Below, in pieces: positions 54,199 through 63,762 of a stretch of 64,000 nucleotides of DNA. The DNA lies in NCBI GenBank assembly GCA_965207445.1, contig CBDBLX010000002.1, positions 1,111,849-1,175,848 of the forward strand, in the 5' to 3' direction. Both the position numbers and the translations under genes were made by a program. Position 1 is the first letter of the stretch, and every line of letters begins with the position of its first letter. This DNA comes from Nitrosopumilus sp. GTDB lineage: Archaea; Thermoproteota; Nitrososphaeria; Nitrososphaerales; Nitrosopumilaceae. Below the pieces are notes generated by a model. That model was not told the DNA's origin. It ran no database searches and saw nothing but the letters and a program-made list of their open reading frames with translations.

Positions 54199-55285
54199 AT
54201 GAAGATAAGCATAGGTATAGACATTAGCAAGAAAAAATGTGACTATTGTGTAGTTGACAGTAGGGGCAAGGTACACGACTGTGGGTAATACTTTAACACG
54301 CAAGATAATGCAAGACAATGTGCACGCGCCATACGTGACAAGTATGGTAAGATGCACTGCAGCATGCGAGACCACAGATAACCTGTGGATTACGACAATT
54401 GATGCGTTTGAAGATGTTGGCATTCCGATCAAGCTTGCCAATTCGTACAAGATGGCACTGATCAACAAGACTGGAAAAAAGACTGACAAGATAGATGCAG
54501 AAAAGATAGCACAGATACTCAGGATGAATTCCATTCTAGAGTGTTACATTCCATCAAAGCACATACGTGCAATTAGGAATCTTGTGAGGCAGCATGTACG
54601 TCTGGTACAGGCAAGAACCAAGGTGATAAACCAAATACACAACCTGCTTGATGCCCATGGCAAGGCCGCACATGCGGCCAACATGTACTCTCACAAGGCA
54701 CTATTCTATCTGGACACACTCAATCTCGGTGATGCACAGGATGACTTTGTACTAAAGCAGTGTGTAAGACAAATCAAACACTACACAAGTGAGATTGTAG
54801 AAACTGACAAACAGTTGGATGCCGAAGCAGCTCAAAATGAGTATGCAAAACTGCTTGTCAGTATGACTGGTATTGGCACGTATGCGGCCATACTATTGGC
54901 AGTTGAGATATCGGATATATCGAGGTTTGAGACTCCCAAACAAATGATCTCATGGGCGGGGCTCTGCCCTACAATAAGGCAATCAGGCAATGAGATGCGT
55001 CTTGGAAAGATAAAAAAGGCAGGCACAGACCGGCTTGTAAATTGGATAATGTGCGAGGCTGCCAGTGTGGCGGCCAGACACGATCTGAGAATGAAAGCCG
55101 CATACGAAGCAGCACGCAGACGACATGTAGACAAACATGCGCTTGTAGTTGTCGTAGTCGCGAATAAAATGATGAACATCATGTGGCGCATGCTCCAAAA
55201 CAATACTAGCTACGAGTCCCGCAACGAAGATCTGTACAAGCGCAAACTGGCCAAGCTGGAGAGACGACGACAGAACAAGGCATAA
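54199..55285 (+). pseudogene. IS110-family recombinase/transposase, N-terminus disrupted (stop plus frameshift)
   Basis: MKISIGIDISKKKCDYCV (first catalytic D) from 54199, then in-frame stop and shift; downstream KTDKIDAEKIA, MTGIG, ISRF..PKQ..SWAGLCP..RQSG (catalytic Ser). Confidence 0.9.
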
Positions 55286-55431
55286 GCACATCTGCTGCGT
55301 ATGTATATGTACAGATTAACCTTTAGCGTTAGCTATAAACTACACTCCGTACTTGGTAGTCATGAGATGGATGAAATATCGGAAAGGTACGACTCGTACG
55401 CTCAGGGGTTATCATAGGAGTAAATATTACA

Positions 55432-55734
55432 ATGAATATAATTTCATCGTATGTTGATATTCACTCTAGAAATATGCATGTTGTAGTATTGGGACTTTTA
55501 ATTATGATGATGGTTTCGGGTTCTATTATTGCAATGACACTTTCATCGATGTTGACTATCGCGGTACAATCTGATATGCCTGATTACCTCATAGCAGACA
55601 TTATAGTACCGTGGGATTATACAGAACCTAATACATTGATTTGGTTTATGCTAAGTGTGTGGATATTGCCATCCATTGTTGTAGTTTCTAAGCAAGAATG
55701 TGGTATATCAATTCATAAGATTCGTAACAGTTAA
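55432..55734 (+). CDS. Small membrane protein, probably truncated by the adjacent IS66 end
   Basis: Two hydrophobic segments; stop lies within the IS66 terminal repeat. Confidence 0.4.
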   Translation: MNIISSYVDIHSRNMHVVVLGLLIMMMVSGSIIAMTLSSMLTIAVQSDMPDYLIADIIVPWDYTEPNTLIWFMLSVWILPSIVVVSKQECGISIHKIRNS

Positions 55735-55795
55735 ACCCCCTACCTGTACACCTCAACACACATCTACTGCTATGCGATGAAGTTTGGTGAATGAT

Positions 55796-57345
55796 TTATC
55801 TTGCCATGATGGTGTCATGGATATTCTTTACAAGATCCTTGTCCTGATCATACCACGTCATAATACATGACATCAATATGCCATAAACTTCCATTCCTGT
55901 TGTACTGCGAAACATCTGACGAATCTTTTTGTGAATCACGACGCGCCGCAGTGTTCGTTCGGATTTGTTGTTGGTAGGTGGCATGCCCGGATATTTGACA
56001 AATGTAAACAGGTCTGGCGCCGCATTGAGTAGTTTGCCACCAAACGAATGTTCCTAGTTCTGTATATGTGCCTGCAATTGCCATGACGGGATCTATCCAG
56101 TTGTCTTGCAGTTGTTGATGATCTGTGGTGTCTGGGGGTAGCTGTTTGACCTCGTGAAATATGTGCTGGAGTTTTTGGTGTAATTCTACGAGATTGCCGC
56201 CTTACATGGCTGCCAGCAGTTCGGCATCGCGCAAAACATGCGCCCAGCAGCGCTGTTTGGTTTTGAATTTGTTGTATGCGGCGTATCCATCCACCACGAT
56301 TGGAATGTCAAATAACGGACAGTGTATATCTAACACCGCCGCACCGTGTGAGCGAATAATGACAAAACTGATGCCATATTCGCCTATGAACACCTAATGC
56401 ATAGCCACGTTTTATGCCTATTTTGACTGGCGTTTCATCACCCATCAAATATCTTGTTTTTGCAAGATTTTTTGAGATCTGTTTTGCAGTTGCTGCAAAC
56501 TTTTCTCTTGCTACTGCTGCAAGAGCGTTCATTATGGTCACCTTTGAGACCTTTGGAACGCCGACTAGCGTTAGCATGTGTGATATGGAGTTTAGACCGA
56601 GTGTTGTAAAGAACATGAATACGATCATGGTCATGAGATTGGGGCCAAACATTGAGCCTTTGGTATATCCTTTGGGCATGGTGTTTATTTTGTGGTTGTT
56701 GTTTTTGCATTTGCCTTTTGATGATTTAATCTGTTTTTTTGTGGCTTTGACTATTTTTGGAGTGTCTATTACCATCTTGCATTCGTGTTTAACATCTACA
56801 TCTGCACCACATTCAGGGCATTTGTCTACTGTATAGTCAATTTCCTCTGACGTCCATGTTGTATATTGTTGTTTTCTCCTCCCCCTCCTCATTTTCATTC
56901 CATTTTTTTCCTTTTGTCTTCTCTTCTAACCCATACAGATTAGACTGACTCCTTTTCTAACCGCTTTGTCGTTGGTTTCATGTGTAATTGCATTTTCGAG
57001 TACACAATTGTCAGAATGTGTGAACCAAGCTCTGTGCGTGGAAAATGGCGTTTGGTGGATTTTCTAGGCACGGAGCTTGGTTCACACGTCAGAATTAGTA
57101 ATGGCGTCTATAACTACCCCATATTCTAAGTAATGACGTTCTGCATTTTTACGTCTGTAATCTTTGAGTTTATTTTGTGAGTCACTTCCTGCAGAGGGCG
57201 GTGTGTGGGCATTATCAACACGGTGGTGTTGTCTGGTTTTTTGTTGGAGTTGTTGTTTTAGTTGTACATTCTCTTCTCTCAAAACTATGCATTCCTGACT
57301 GCATTTGTGTTGCTGTTGCTGTTGCTTTATTAGATGTTATGCACA
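55796..57345 (-). pseudogene. IS66-family (single-ORF ISBst12-like) transposase, multiple frameshifts
   Basis: NAHTPPS, CPECG, MGDETP, VVDGYAAY, QRCWAHVLRD, PPTNNKSERTLR motifs spread over several frames. Confidence 0.88.
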
Positions 57346-57518
57346 ATGACACAATCAAATTTTTATGACCATATTAGGTATGACTGATAAGATCATATAT
57401 TTAAGCTTAAATGCATTTATAACAAAAAACCTGCCAGTATTGATAATTATATATGATTAATTAATTAATAATATATGTTCATAAAAAGATCTAAATATAT
57501 GGGCCTATAAATAATTGT

Positions 57519-59564
57519 ATGAAATCTAACTTAGATTCTACGATATCGTGTGATGGGCTCGATAGTGACACTTTTGATACAATCTATCTGGATTCAGATG
57601 AGTGGCAAAAGTTAATGGGTGTGATCGATCGCGAAATGTCCAAAGTGCAAAAAGTGAACAGAGGCGTCACTCACAGAGATAATTATTGGGTACGATTTAT
57701 TGAAGAGATACTGTCTTCTGATCAAAGCACGCGCAGATGGACGGGATTTGACAAGCGTGGACTTGATCTGATTTGGACATCTTTTTCTGAGCGATGGGAG
57801 GAAATGGAGCGCGCAGAAATTGCACGAAGACGTGAATCCAAATTGACGCGCGCAGGAAAGCGTGGTCCGAGGCCTATGGCAGACGTGGCAGCAGACAAAC
57901 AAAACAACATTCCAATGGTACGCAATGATCCTGCAAGGGGTTCTGCGCCAGGCAACAGGTGCAAACTAGAGCCGTTTTACATCATGGTTCTGGCACTCAT
58001 GCGCAAATATGGCAACGAAAGTGAGGGAAAGTTGGGAGACATGTTTGGTATAAACCAGTCAACTGTATCTAGATATTTGATACTTGCCGATCGCATACTT
58101 ACAGAGACACTACCAACTCCTGAAAAAATTATGAATCTCATAAAAGAGATTGGCACTGCCAAAGAATTTGCAAGGTTATTCCCAGATGATACAGGTGAGT
58201 CAGTTGTGATATTTGATGGAACACACGTGCGATTTGCAAGGCCCCTCAAGGCAGAACTGCGAGATCCTATGATATCATACAAGAAAAAGTATCCCAGTGG
58301 AAACACGGTCATAATGACATCAGCAGACGGCCTGATACTAGGAGCAAGCAAAACATACAACGGTCGAGTCCATGACATTGCAATAACGCGGGATTTTCTA
58401 GAAGGTATGGGCCAATTTGGCAAGATGCTTCAAGGCAAACTCAATAATACAGAGAACCAAAAACTGCAATCAGAGCAGACAGATACAGAGAACCAAAAAC
58501 TGCAATCAGAGCAGACAGATACAGAGAACCAAAAACTGCAATCAGAGCAGACAGATACAGAGAACCAAAAACTGCAATCAGAGCAGACAGATACAGAGAA
58601 CCAAAAACTGCAATCAGAGCAGACAGATACAGAGAACCAAAAACTGCAATCAGAGCAGACAGATACAGAGAACCAAAAACTGCAATCAGAGCAGACAGAT
58701 ACAGAGAACCAAAAACTGCAATCAGAGCAGACAGATACAGAGAACCAAAAACTGCAATCAGAGCAGACAGATACAGAGAACCAAAAACTGCAATCAGAGC
58801 AGACAGATACAGAGAACCAAAAACTGCAATCAGAGCAGACAGATACAGAGAACCAAAAACTGCAATCAGAGCAGACAGATACAGAGAACCAAAAACTGCA
58901 ATCAGAGCAGACAGATACAGAGAACCAAAAACTGCAATCAGAGCAGACAGATACAGAGAACCAAACAGTTCACTTTGAAGAAAAAGCCCAAGCATCTGCA
59001 ACTACAGTAGACGACTGCACACAAACAAACCAAAAGAAACATCTGCAAGAAGAGTCATCAGAGTTCACATCTAAAGAAACAGAGATAAGGATACTCTGCG
59101 GGCTGGTCGCGCTTGAATCTACTAAAAAATCCGAACAAAAGCGGGCCGTACTTGATGCATCTAGAAGACTCGAGGCCATGCACGACCTAGAAAGACTCCT
59201 TGGTGAACCACCATCAAACAAGACAAGAGTTCTGGGCGATTCGGGATTTCAGGGATTAAAACAAGACATACCGGCAGCAGATGTTCATTACCCGTTTAAG
59301 AACTCAAAGACGATGAAAATTACACCCGAGCAAAAAGAGTACAATCGAGAATTGAGCAAAATACGCGTTAAAGTAGAAAATGCAATCTGTGCAGCCAAGC
59401 ACTTTAGGCGCGTATCTGAGATATACAACGGCAGTCTAGACGAGTTCAACAAAGAGTTTAACGTTGCCTGTGGATTGGCCAACCTTCGATACATGCTACG
59501 TACCGGTACATACGACTATTGGGCCTCGAAGCTGGGCCTACCAACATACGATAAACGTCGCTAA
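57519..59564 (+). CDS. IS5-family (DDE_Tnp_4, ISL2/Harbinger-like) transposase with a large in-frame repeat insertion
   Basis: HTH LGDMFGINQSTVSR; IFDGTH, GRVHD, LGDSGFQG, RVKVENAI catalytic motifs. Confidence 0.88.
   Translation: MKSNLDSTISCDGLDSDTFDTIYLDSDEWQKLMGVIDREMSKVQKVNRGVTHRDNYWVRFIEEILSSDQSTRRWTGFDKRGLDLIWTSFSERWEEMERAEIARRRESKLTRAGKRGPRPMADVAADKQNNIPMVRNDPARGSAPGNRCKLEPFYIMVLALMRKYGNESEGKLGDMFGINQSTVSRYLILADRILTETLPTPEKIMNLIKEIGTAKEFARLFPDDTGESVVIFDGTHVRFARPLKAELRDPMISYKKKYPSGNTVIMTSADGLILGASKTYNGRVHDIAITRDFLEGMGQFGKMLQGKLNNTENQKLQSEQTDTENQKLQSEQTDTENQKLQSEQTDTENQKLQSEQTDTENQKLQSEQTDTENQKLQSEQTDTENQKLQSEQTDTENQKLQSEQTDTENQKLQSEQTDTENQKLQSEQTDTENQKLQSEQTDTENQKLQSEQTDTENQKLQSEQTDTENQKLQSEQTDTENQTVHFEEKAQASATTVDDCTQTNQKKHLQEESSEFTSKETEIRILCGLVALESTKKSEQKRAVLDASRRLEAMHDLERLLGEPPSNKTRVLGDSGFQGLKQDIPAADVHYPFKNSKTMKITPEQKEYNRELSKIRVKVENAICAAKHFRRVSEIYNGSLDEFNKEFNVACGLANLRYMLRTGTYDYWASKLGLPTYDKRR
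58447..58965 (+). repeat. 14 x 36-bp perfect tandem repeat (TENQKLQSEQTD)
   Basis: Unit ATACAGAGAACCAAAAACTGCAATCAGAGCAGACAG; no spacers. Confidence 0.97.
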
Positions 59565-59787
59565 CATATGGCCGGTATCACACACCGGCCGCACGATCAA
59601 AATATACACAGTCAGCATGCATTGCCCCCAATGTCTGCGCACTACGAGTATCTACGTGTGGCGCACACCCATCATGCCGACAGTCTCTTTTACACATATC
59701 ATTGTACCATTCAATATCATGATCACTATCACACCGATCTTCTTACACATATCGAAAATTTTGCGTACAATACGGCTACTATGCGGC

Positions 59788-59974
59788 TACTATGCGGCTA
59801 CAATACGACCACATATCTGCAAATCTACCCGAATAAAGATATACAAATATATTTATCTGACTTTGGAAGTTTTAATGTTTACTATGCGGCTACAATACGA
59901 CCACATATCTGCAAATCTACCCGAATAAAGATATACAAATATATTTATCTGACTTTGGAAGTTTTAATGTTTAC
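59788..59974. repeat. 92-bp tandem duplication preceded by 11-bp CGGCTACTATG microrepeats
   Basis: TACTATGCGGCTACAATACGACC...GTTTTAATGTT at 59788 and 59880. Confidence 0.9.
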
Positions 59975-59987
59975 GTAATTTACAAGA

Positions 59988-60260
59988 TCATTTAGTCACT
60001 AACTCAGGCGTGATATTTTTTGATTGCCGTTCTCCGGTTTGATTATGCATAACATCTATTGTATCCTCAAGCTGCTTGTTTTTGGCAGACATTTCAGAGT
60101 ATTTCTCTTCTAGTATAGCACCCTCTGCTCGCGCAGTAGCCATCTCTAGACGACTCTTCTCTAATTCGGCAGATTTGTTGCGTATCGTATCATTTGCAGA
60201 ATCCAACTGTGAGTGCAATGTATGAATTTCTTTGCGCAGTGTGGACATCTCTGAGATCAT
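59988..60260 (-). CDS. Coiled-coil hypothetical protein within the IS66 termini
   Basis: 90 aa with heptad pattern. Confidence 0.45.
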   Translation of the reverse strand: MISEMSTLRKEIHTLHSQLDSANDTIRNKSAELEKSRLEMATARAEGAILEEKYSEMSAKNKQLEDTIDVMHNQTGERQSKNITPELVTK

Positions 60261-60789
60261 TACAATACACCTCTGATGATTTTGCTACTCACCACACAAC
60301 TGTGTTTGAGTATACACTGTACACAATTATGTAAATTTTCATTATTGTGATTAAAATAATCTAAATACTGTTTTTGCAATACACTATCACTAGGTTTTCT
60401 GCTTATCATTTTCTACTATCAATGATAAGTAGAAAGATATGTATTTAACATATCACAATAGCAAAAGATGATCACAGGTCAATTAGTTGAGTAATTTTCT
60501 GCCTAGATGCAAAAAATAATCAAACATGTTTTCAACATTTTGAGCACTTTCTCACATATCGGGTTTATCATTTAGATTTACGTAAATTCGATCACAGTAA
60601 TGATCGGTGATCGCTATTGCTGTATCTGTATGCATACTTACAAAATAGGGGTTGAACTGTTACAGTATTGTATGTTGTTGTATCAAAAATAACATCTTAT
60701 GTAGAATTGAGTGCCACCCTTTAACATTTGCCTCTGCAAGAAATATTTGGGCATGCATCATATTCCATCACTAACAAAGTATTCCTCTT

Positions 60790-61893
60790 TTATGACTGCA
60801 ATCCTATGCTTTTTATCAACAACTCATCTTGTTTGGACTCATTTCCTTGTGTGGTCAGGTATCCTCCAGTTATAATCCCATTTGCACCTCCAAGCAACAG
60901 ACTTTTCCCATCATCATCGAGTATCTCTTCTCGTCCACCTGATATCTTGATTATGGATTCTGGCAACACAAATCGTAGTACTGCAAACATTCGTACTATC
61001 TCTGATGTTGGCAGTTTTGGTTGAAGTTGAAGTGGTGTACCTGGCACTGGCATCAAAATGTTTATCGTGACTTCTTCGGGGCGTATGCGGGCTAGTTCTA
61101 GTAATAACTCAAGTCGTTGTTCACGCGTCTCACCTAATCCTATAATGCCACCTGTGCACAGTTCTAGTCCTGCTTCCCTTGCAATCATTAATGTGTCTAG
61201 CCTGTCTTGATATGTGTGTGTGGTGCAGATCTCTGAGAATTTTGAACGTGAGGTCTCCAAATTATGATTATATCTACGGACTCCAAGTTCTTTGAGTTTT
61301 GCTGCCTGTTGCGGTGTCAAAAATCCTAAACTACACTCAATTGAGATACCTACCTCTCCATTTATCCCTTGAATTATCTCACAGACATCCTCAAAGTCCT
61401 TTTTTGATGGCCGACGCCATGCTGCAACCAAACAGTACGAGTCTGCACCTTCTTTTTTGGCACGTTGAGCTGCTTTAATTACCTCCTCTGCAGGCGGGAG
61501 CGTATATGTGTCAATATCAGTATCAAAGAGTGCTGATTGTGCACAAAATGAGCAGTCTTCACTACATGCATTCTTTTTGATATTTGCAAGCTGTTCCACA
61601 TCAACAGAATCACCATTAAAATCTCGAGTTATCTGATTTGCAGCATCTGCCAATCTGTCTAGTTCAGAATCTGGTACTATTGTGAATAGTTCTGATGCTG
61701 ATTCAACTGATATACCCAAGCCTGCAAACACGTCTTCGAGGCATGTGTGTATCATGTCATTTATGGTGTTGTTTGTATCTGTATTTGAAGAATTTGTATT
61801 ACTATCATTATAATCATTATTATCATTATTATTACTATTACTATGATCTGATTCATATACAATATGATTAATTGATTTAGAATCTTGAGACAT
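60790..61893 (-). CDS. bioB: Biotin synthase (radical SAM)
   Basis: CSEDCSFCAQS, CSLG, RYNHNLETS, LCTGGIIGLGE, PVPGTP; start uncertain (ORF open to 61998). Confidence 0.96.
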   Translation of the reverse strand: MSQDSKSINHIVYESDHSNSNNNDNNDYNDSNTNSSNTDTNNTINDMIHTCLEDVFAGLGISVESASELFTIVPDSELDRLADAANQITRDFNGDSVDVEQLANIKKNACSEDCSFCAQSALFDTDIDTYTLPPAEEVIKAAQRAKKEGADSYCLVAAWRRPSKKDFEDVCEIIQGINGEVGISIECSLGFLTPQQAAKLKELGVRRYNHNLETSRSKFSEICTTHTYQDRLDTLMIAREAGLELCTGGIIGLGETREQRLELLLELARIRPEEVTINILMPVPGTPLQLQPKLPTSEIVRMFAVLRFVLPESIIKISGGREEILDDDGKSLLLGGANGIITGGYLTTQGNESKQDELLIKSIGLQS

Positions 61894-62041
61894 GTTAATT
61901 GATTGTTTTATGTTTTGACCTCTTATAATCATAATTATAATATAAAATATTGATTTGTAATTTGCAATATTGGACTCAATTAGCGCACATTGCCACATAT
62001 TAAATTATAAAGTATATGTATATTATTATTATAATTCAATT

Positions 62042-63466
62042 TCATGGCAGTGATATTCTACCAGGCTCAATTGCCAAACACATATCATAATGGTAATTTA
62101 TCTCTGATCTCCATCCGCGTCCTCTGTCTAGTCTCTCTAGTGATAATTGTAATTGATTAATTACATTGTGGTATTTTTTGTTTCTATCTACAAGTAAATT
62201 TTTGAATTCCTCTGATGCAATATTATTGCTCTTTTTACTATTACAATGTTTGCATGCAAGAACCAAATTCCACAATTCATCTTCAAATATGTATGACCAT
62301 GGTATAAAATGATCAACATGCGTATTATTTTTCTCCAATGTAGTTTGGCAGTAAAAGCAGTAGTTTTCGTGCTTGTTTAACATCTTGTAATATTTGTACA
62401 TTGAACCACGCTTTTTATCAGGTGACTCTATCTTTGACATTAAACGTGGTATTGTTCCATTGATTCTTTCTAGAAATTTTGCCCATGCAGCAATTGTTGT
62501 CATGGACAGTACCGAATAATTCCTCTTAAAAAAATCATGTGCCTCTGGCCTCAGATAGATCATCTGCACATCATCATCATAATTGTAAAAAATATTATAC
62601 TCTACAGTGTCACCATCATCTCCGCGAATATTTTGCAATCGTGGTACAACTAGAGATGTCTTTTTTCGTGCGTGACCGAATACTTTTTGAAGTATCTTCT
62701 TTTTTGCAATTTGAATATCATGCCTGTCTAACTGACCAAAATCTGCTGGTACATCTTTATCATTAAAAACATCATGTAAGATGTTTATGACCTCTGGTTT
62801 ACTTTTTGTCTTAAAGTCTTGTTTTATTCTATATTTGTACTCTTGATACCAATAATGTCTTAAAAACTCCTGTGCAAGATAACCATACTGTATGTCATAT
62901 GATGTATTATTCTTACAATAATCCAAGATGATCTTTGTGAGTGCAAACTTGTATGTGTTGTCTTTAACACCCCTAGTCATTATTGTCCCAAAGATGCGTT
63001 TCATATCTATCTCCTCGCCAAAACTAATTACTGATGATGGTTTATCGTATGTGGGTGAAGGTACATCTAGTACAAGTGGTGGTAAAACACGTACCTTGGA
63101 ACAAGTTTCAAAATCAGTTAGCCGTATTACGTGTTTATGATTTATGTCACTCCATTCTGAGATAATCTTGTCTCTTCGAAGTTTGAAAAGCACCTCAAAC
63201 ATTCTGCGATTAAAATCATCATTCCTTCTATTTGGACCAAACAAGTCCGTGCCAATCTCAAGTTCTGCTGCAACAGAACTCTTTAGGTCATCAAATGTGT
63301 GCCATATGTTTTTGTTTGCATATGGTGTTTGTAAGGTATTACCTGTTTTTGCAATATTTTCATATACGTCAAGATCGTGTATCGCCTTTCCATTTTTGCA
63401 TAATTGATTTAATATGGATGCTTGCAATACATCCCTTGAAATTTTCTTTCTTATTGTAAATGGCAA
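62042..63466 (-). CDS. HNH endonuclease (restriction/McrA-like)
   Basis: NTYKFAL motif; CFYC...HVDHFIPWS...WNLVLACKHCNSKK. Confidence 0.88.
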   Translation of the reverse strand: MPFTIRKKISRDVLQASILNQLCKNGKAIHDLDVYENIAKTGNTLQTPYANKNIWHTFDDLKSSVAAELEIGTDLFGPNRRNDDFNRRMFEVLFKLRRDKIISEWSDINHKHVIRLTDFETCSKVRVLPPLVLDVPSPTYDKPSSVISFGEEIDMKRIFGTIMTRGVKDNTYKFALTKIILDYCKNNTSYDIQYGYLAQEFLRHYWYQEYKYRIKQDFKTKSKPEVINILHDVFNDKDVPADFGQLDRHDIQIAKKKILQKVFGHARKKTSLVVPRLQNIRGDDGDTVEYNIFYNYDDDVQMIYLRPEAHDFFKRNYSVLSMTTIAAWAKFLERINGTIPRLMSKIESPDKKRGSMYKYYKMLNKHENYCFYCQTTLEKNNTHVDHFIPWSYIFEDELWNLVLACKHCNSKKSNNIASEEFKNLLVDRNKKYHNVINQLQLSLERLDRGRGWRSEINYHYDMCLAIEPGRISLP

Positions 63467-63762
63467 CGAGTAAAGTTATTATCTAAATATAAAAAACATT
63501 CTGATTTTTGTGAATTGTTTGGTGTTTTTAATGTGTGTGATTTAACTAGTTTATTATATATTATAATATATTATATAAAATTCATCTAGAATAAAAATAC
63601 CATACTATTGTATCATATAACATCTCATAACATCTCACAACATACATGATATCCTCCTCTCCATCATAAATTAATACATATATTTGTCAACATTGCAAAA
63701 TATATAATCACACATATGATTTTCAAGACTAGTTTATTATAAAGCATAAACTTTGTCTAATC

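Larger units (their letters stand above)
54012..55422 (+). mobile_element. IS110/IS1111-family element with sub-terminal inverted repeats
   Basis: ATGATAACCCC (54019-54029) / GGGGTTATCAT (55405-55415) flank a DEDD recombinase gene; exact ends uncertain by a few bp. Confidence 0.85.
55724..60663 (-). mobile_element. IS66-family element (family B parent) with nested/cargo IS5-like transposase
   Basis: Termini GTAACAGTTAAACCCC and GGGGTTGAACTGTTAC; same terminal motif as the 80-bp MITEs. Confidence 0.75.

Noticed and set aside
54254..54350. ORF-track start of the IS110 gene
   Set aside because: The true family N-terminus (GIDISK) begins at 54199 in another frame, so the gene is frameshifted
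58447..58965. 36-bp repeat as a CRISPR array
   Set aside because: Units are contiguous with no spacers, are in frame within a CDS, and no cas genes are present
58417..59010. Alternative-frame repeat ORFs (QRTKNCNQSRQI; FGSLYLSALIAV)
   Set aside because: Arise automatically from a stop-free 36-bp unit; the transposase frame explains the locus
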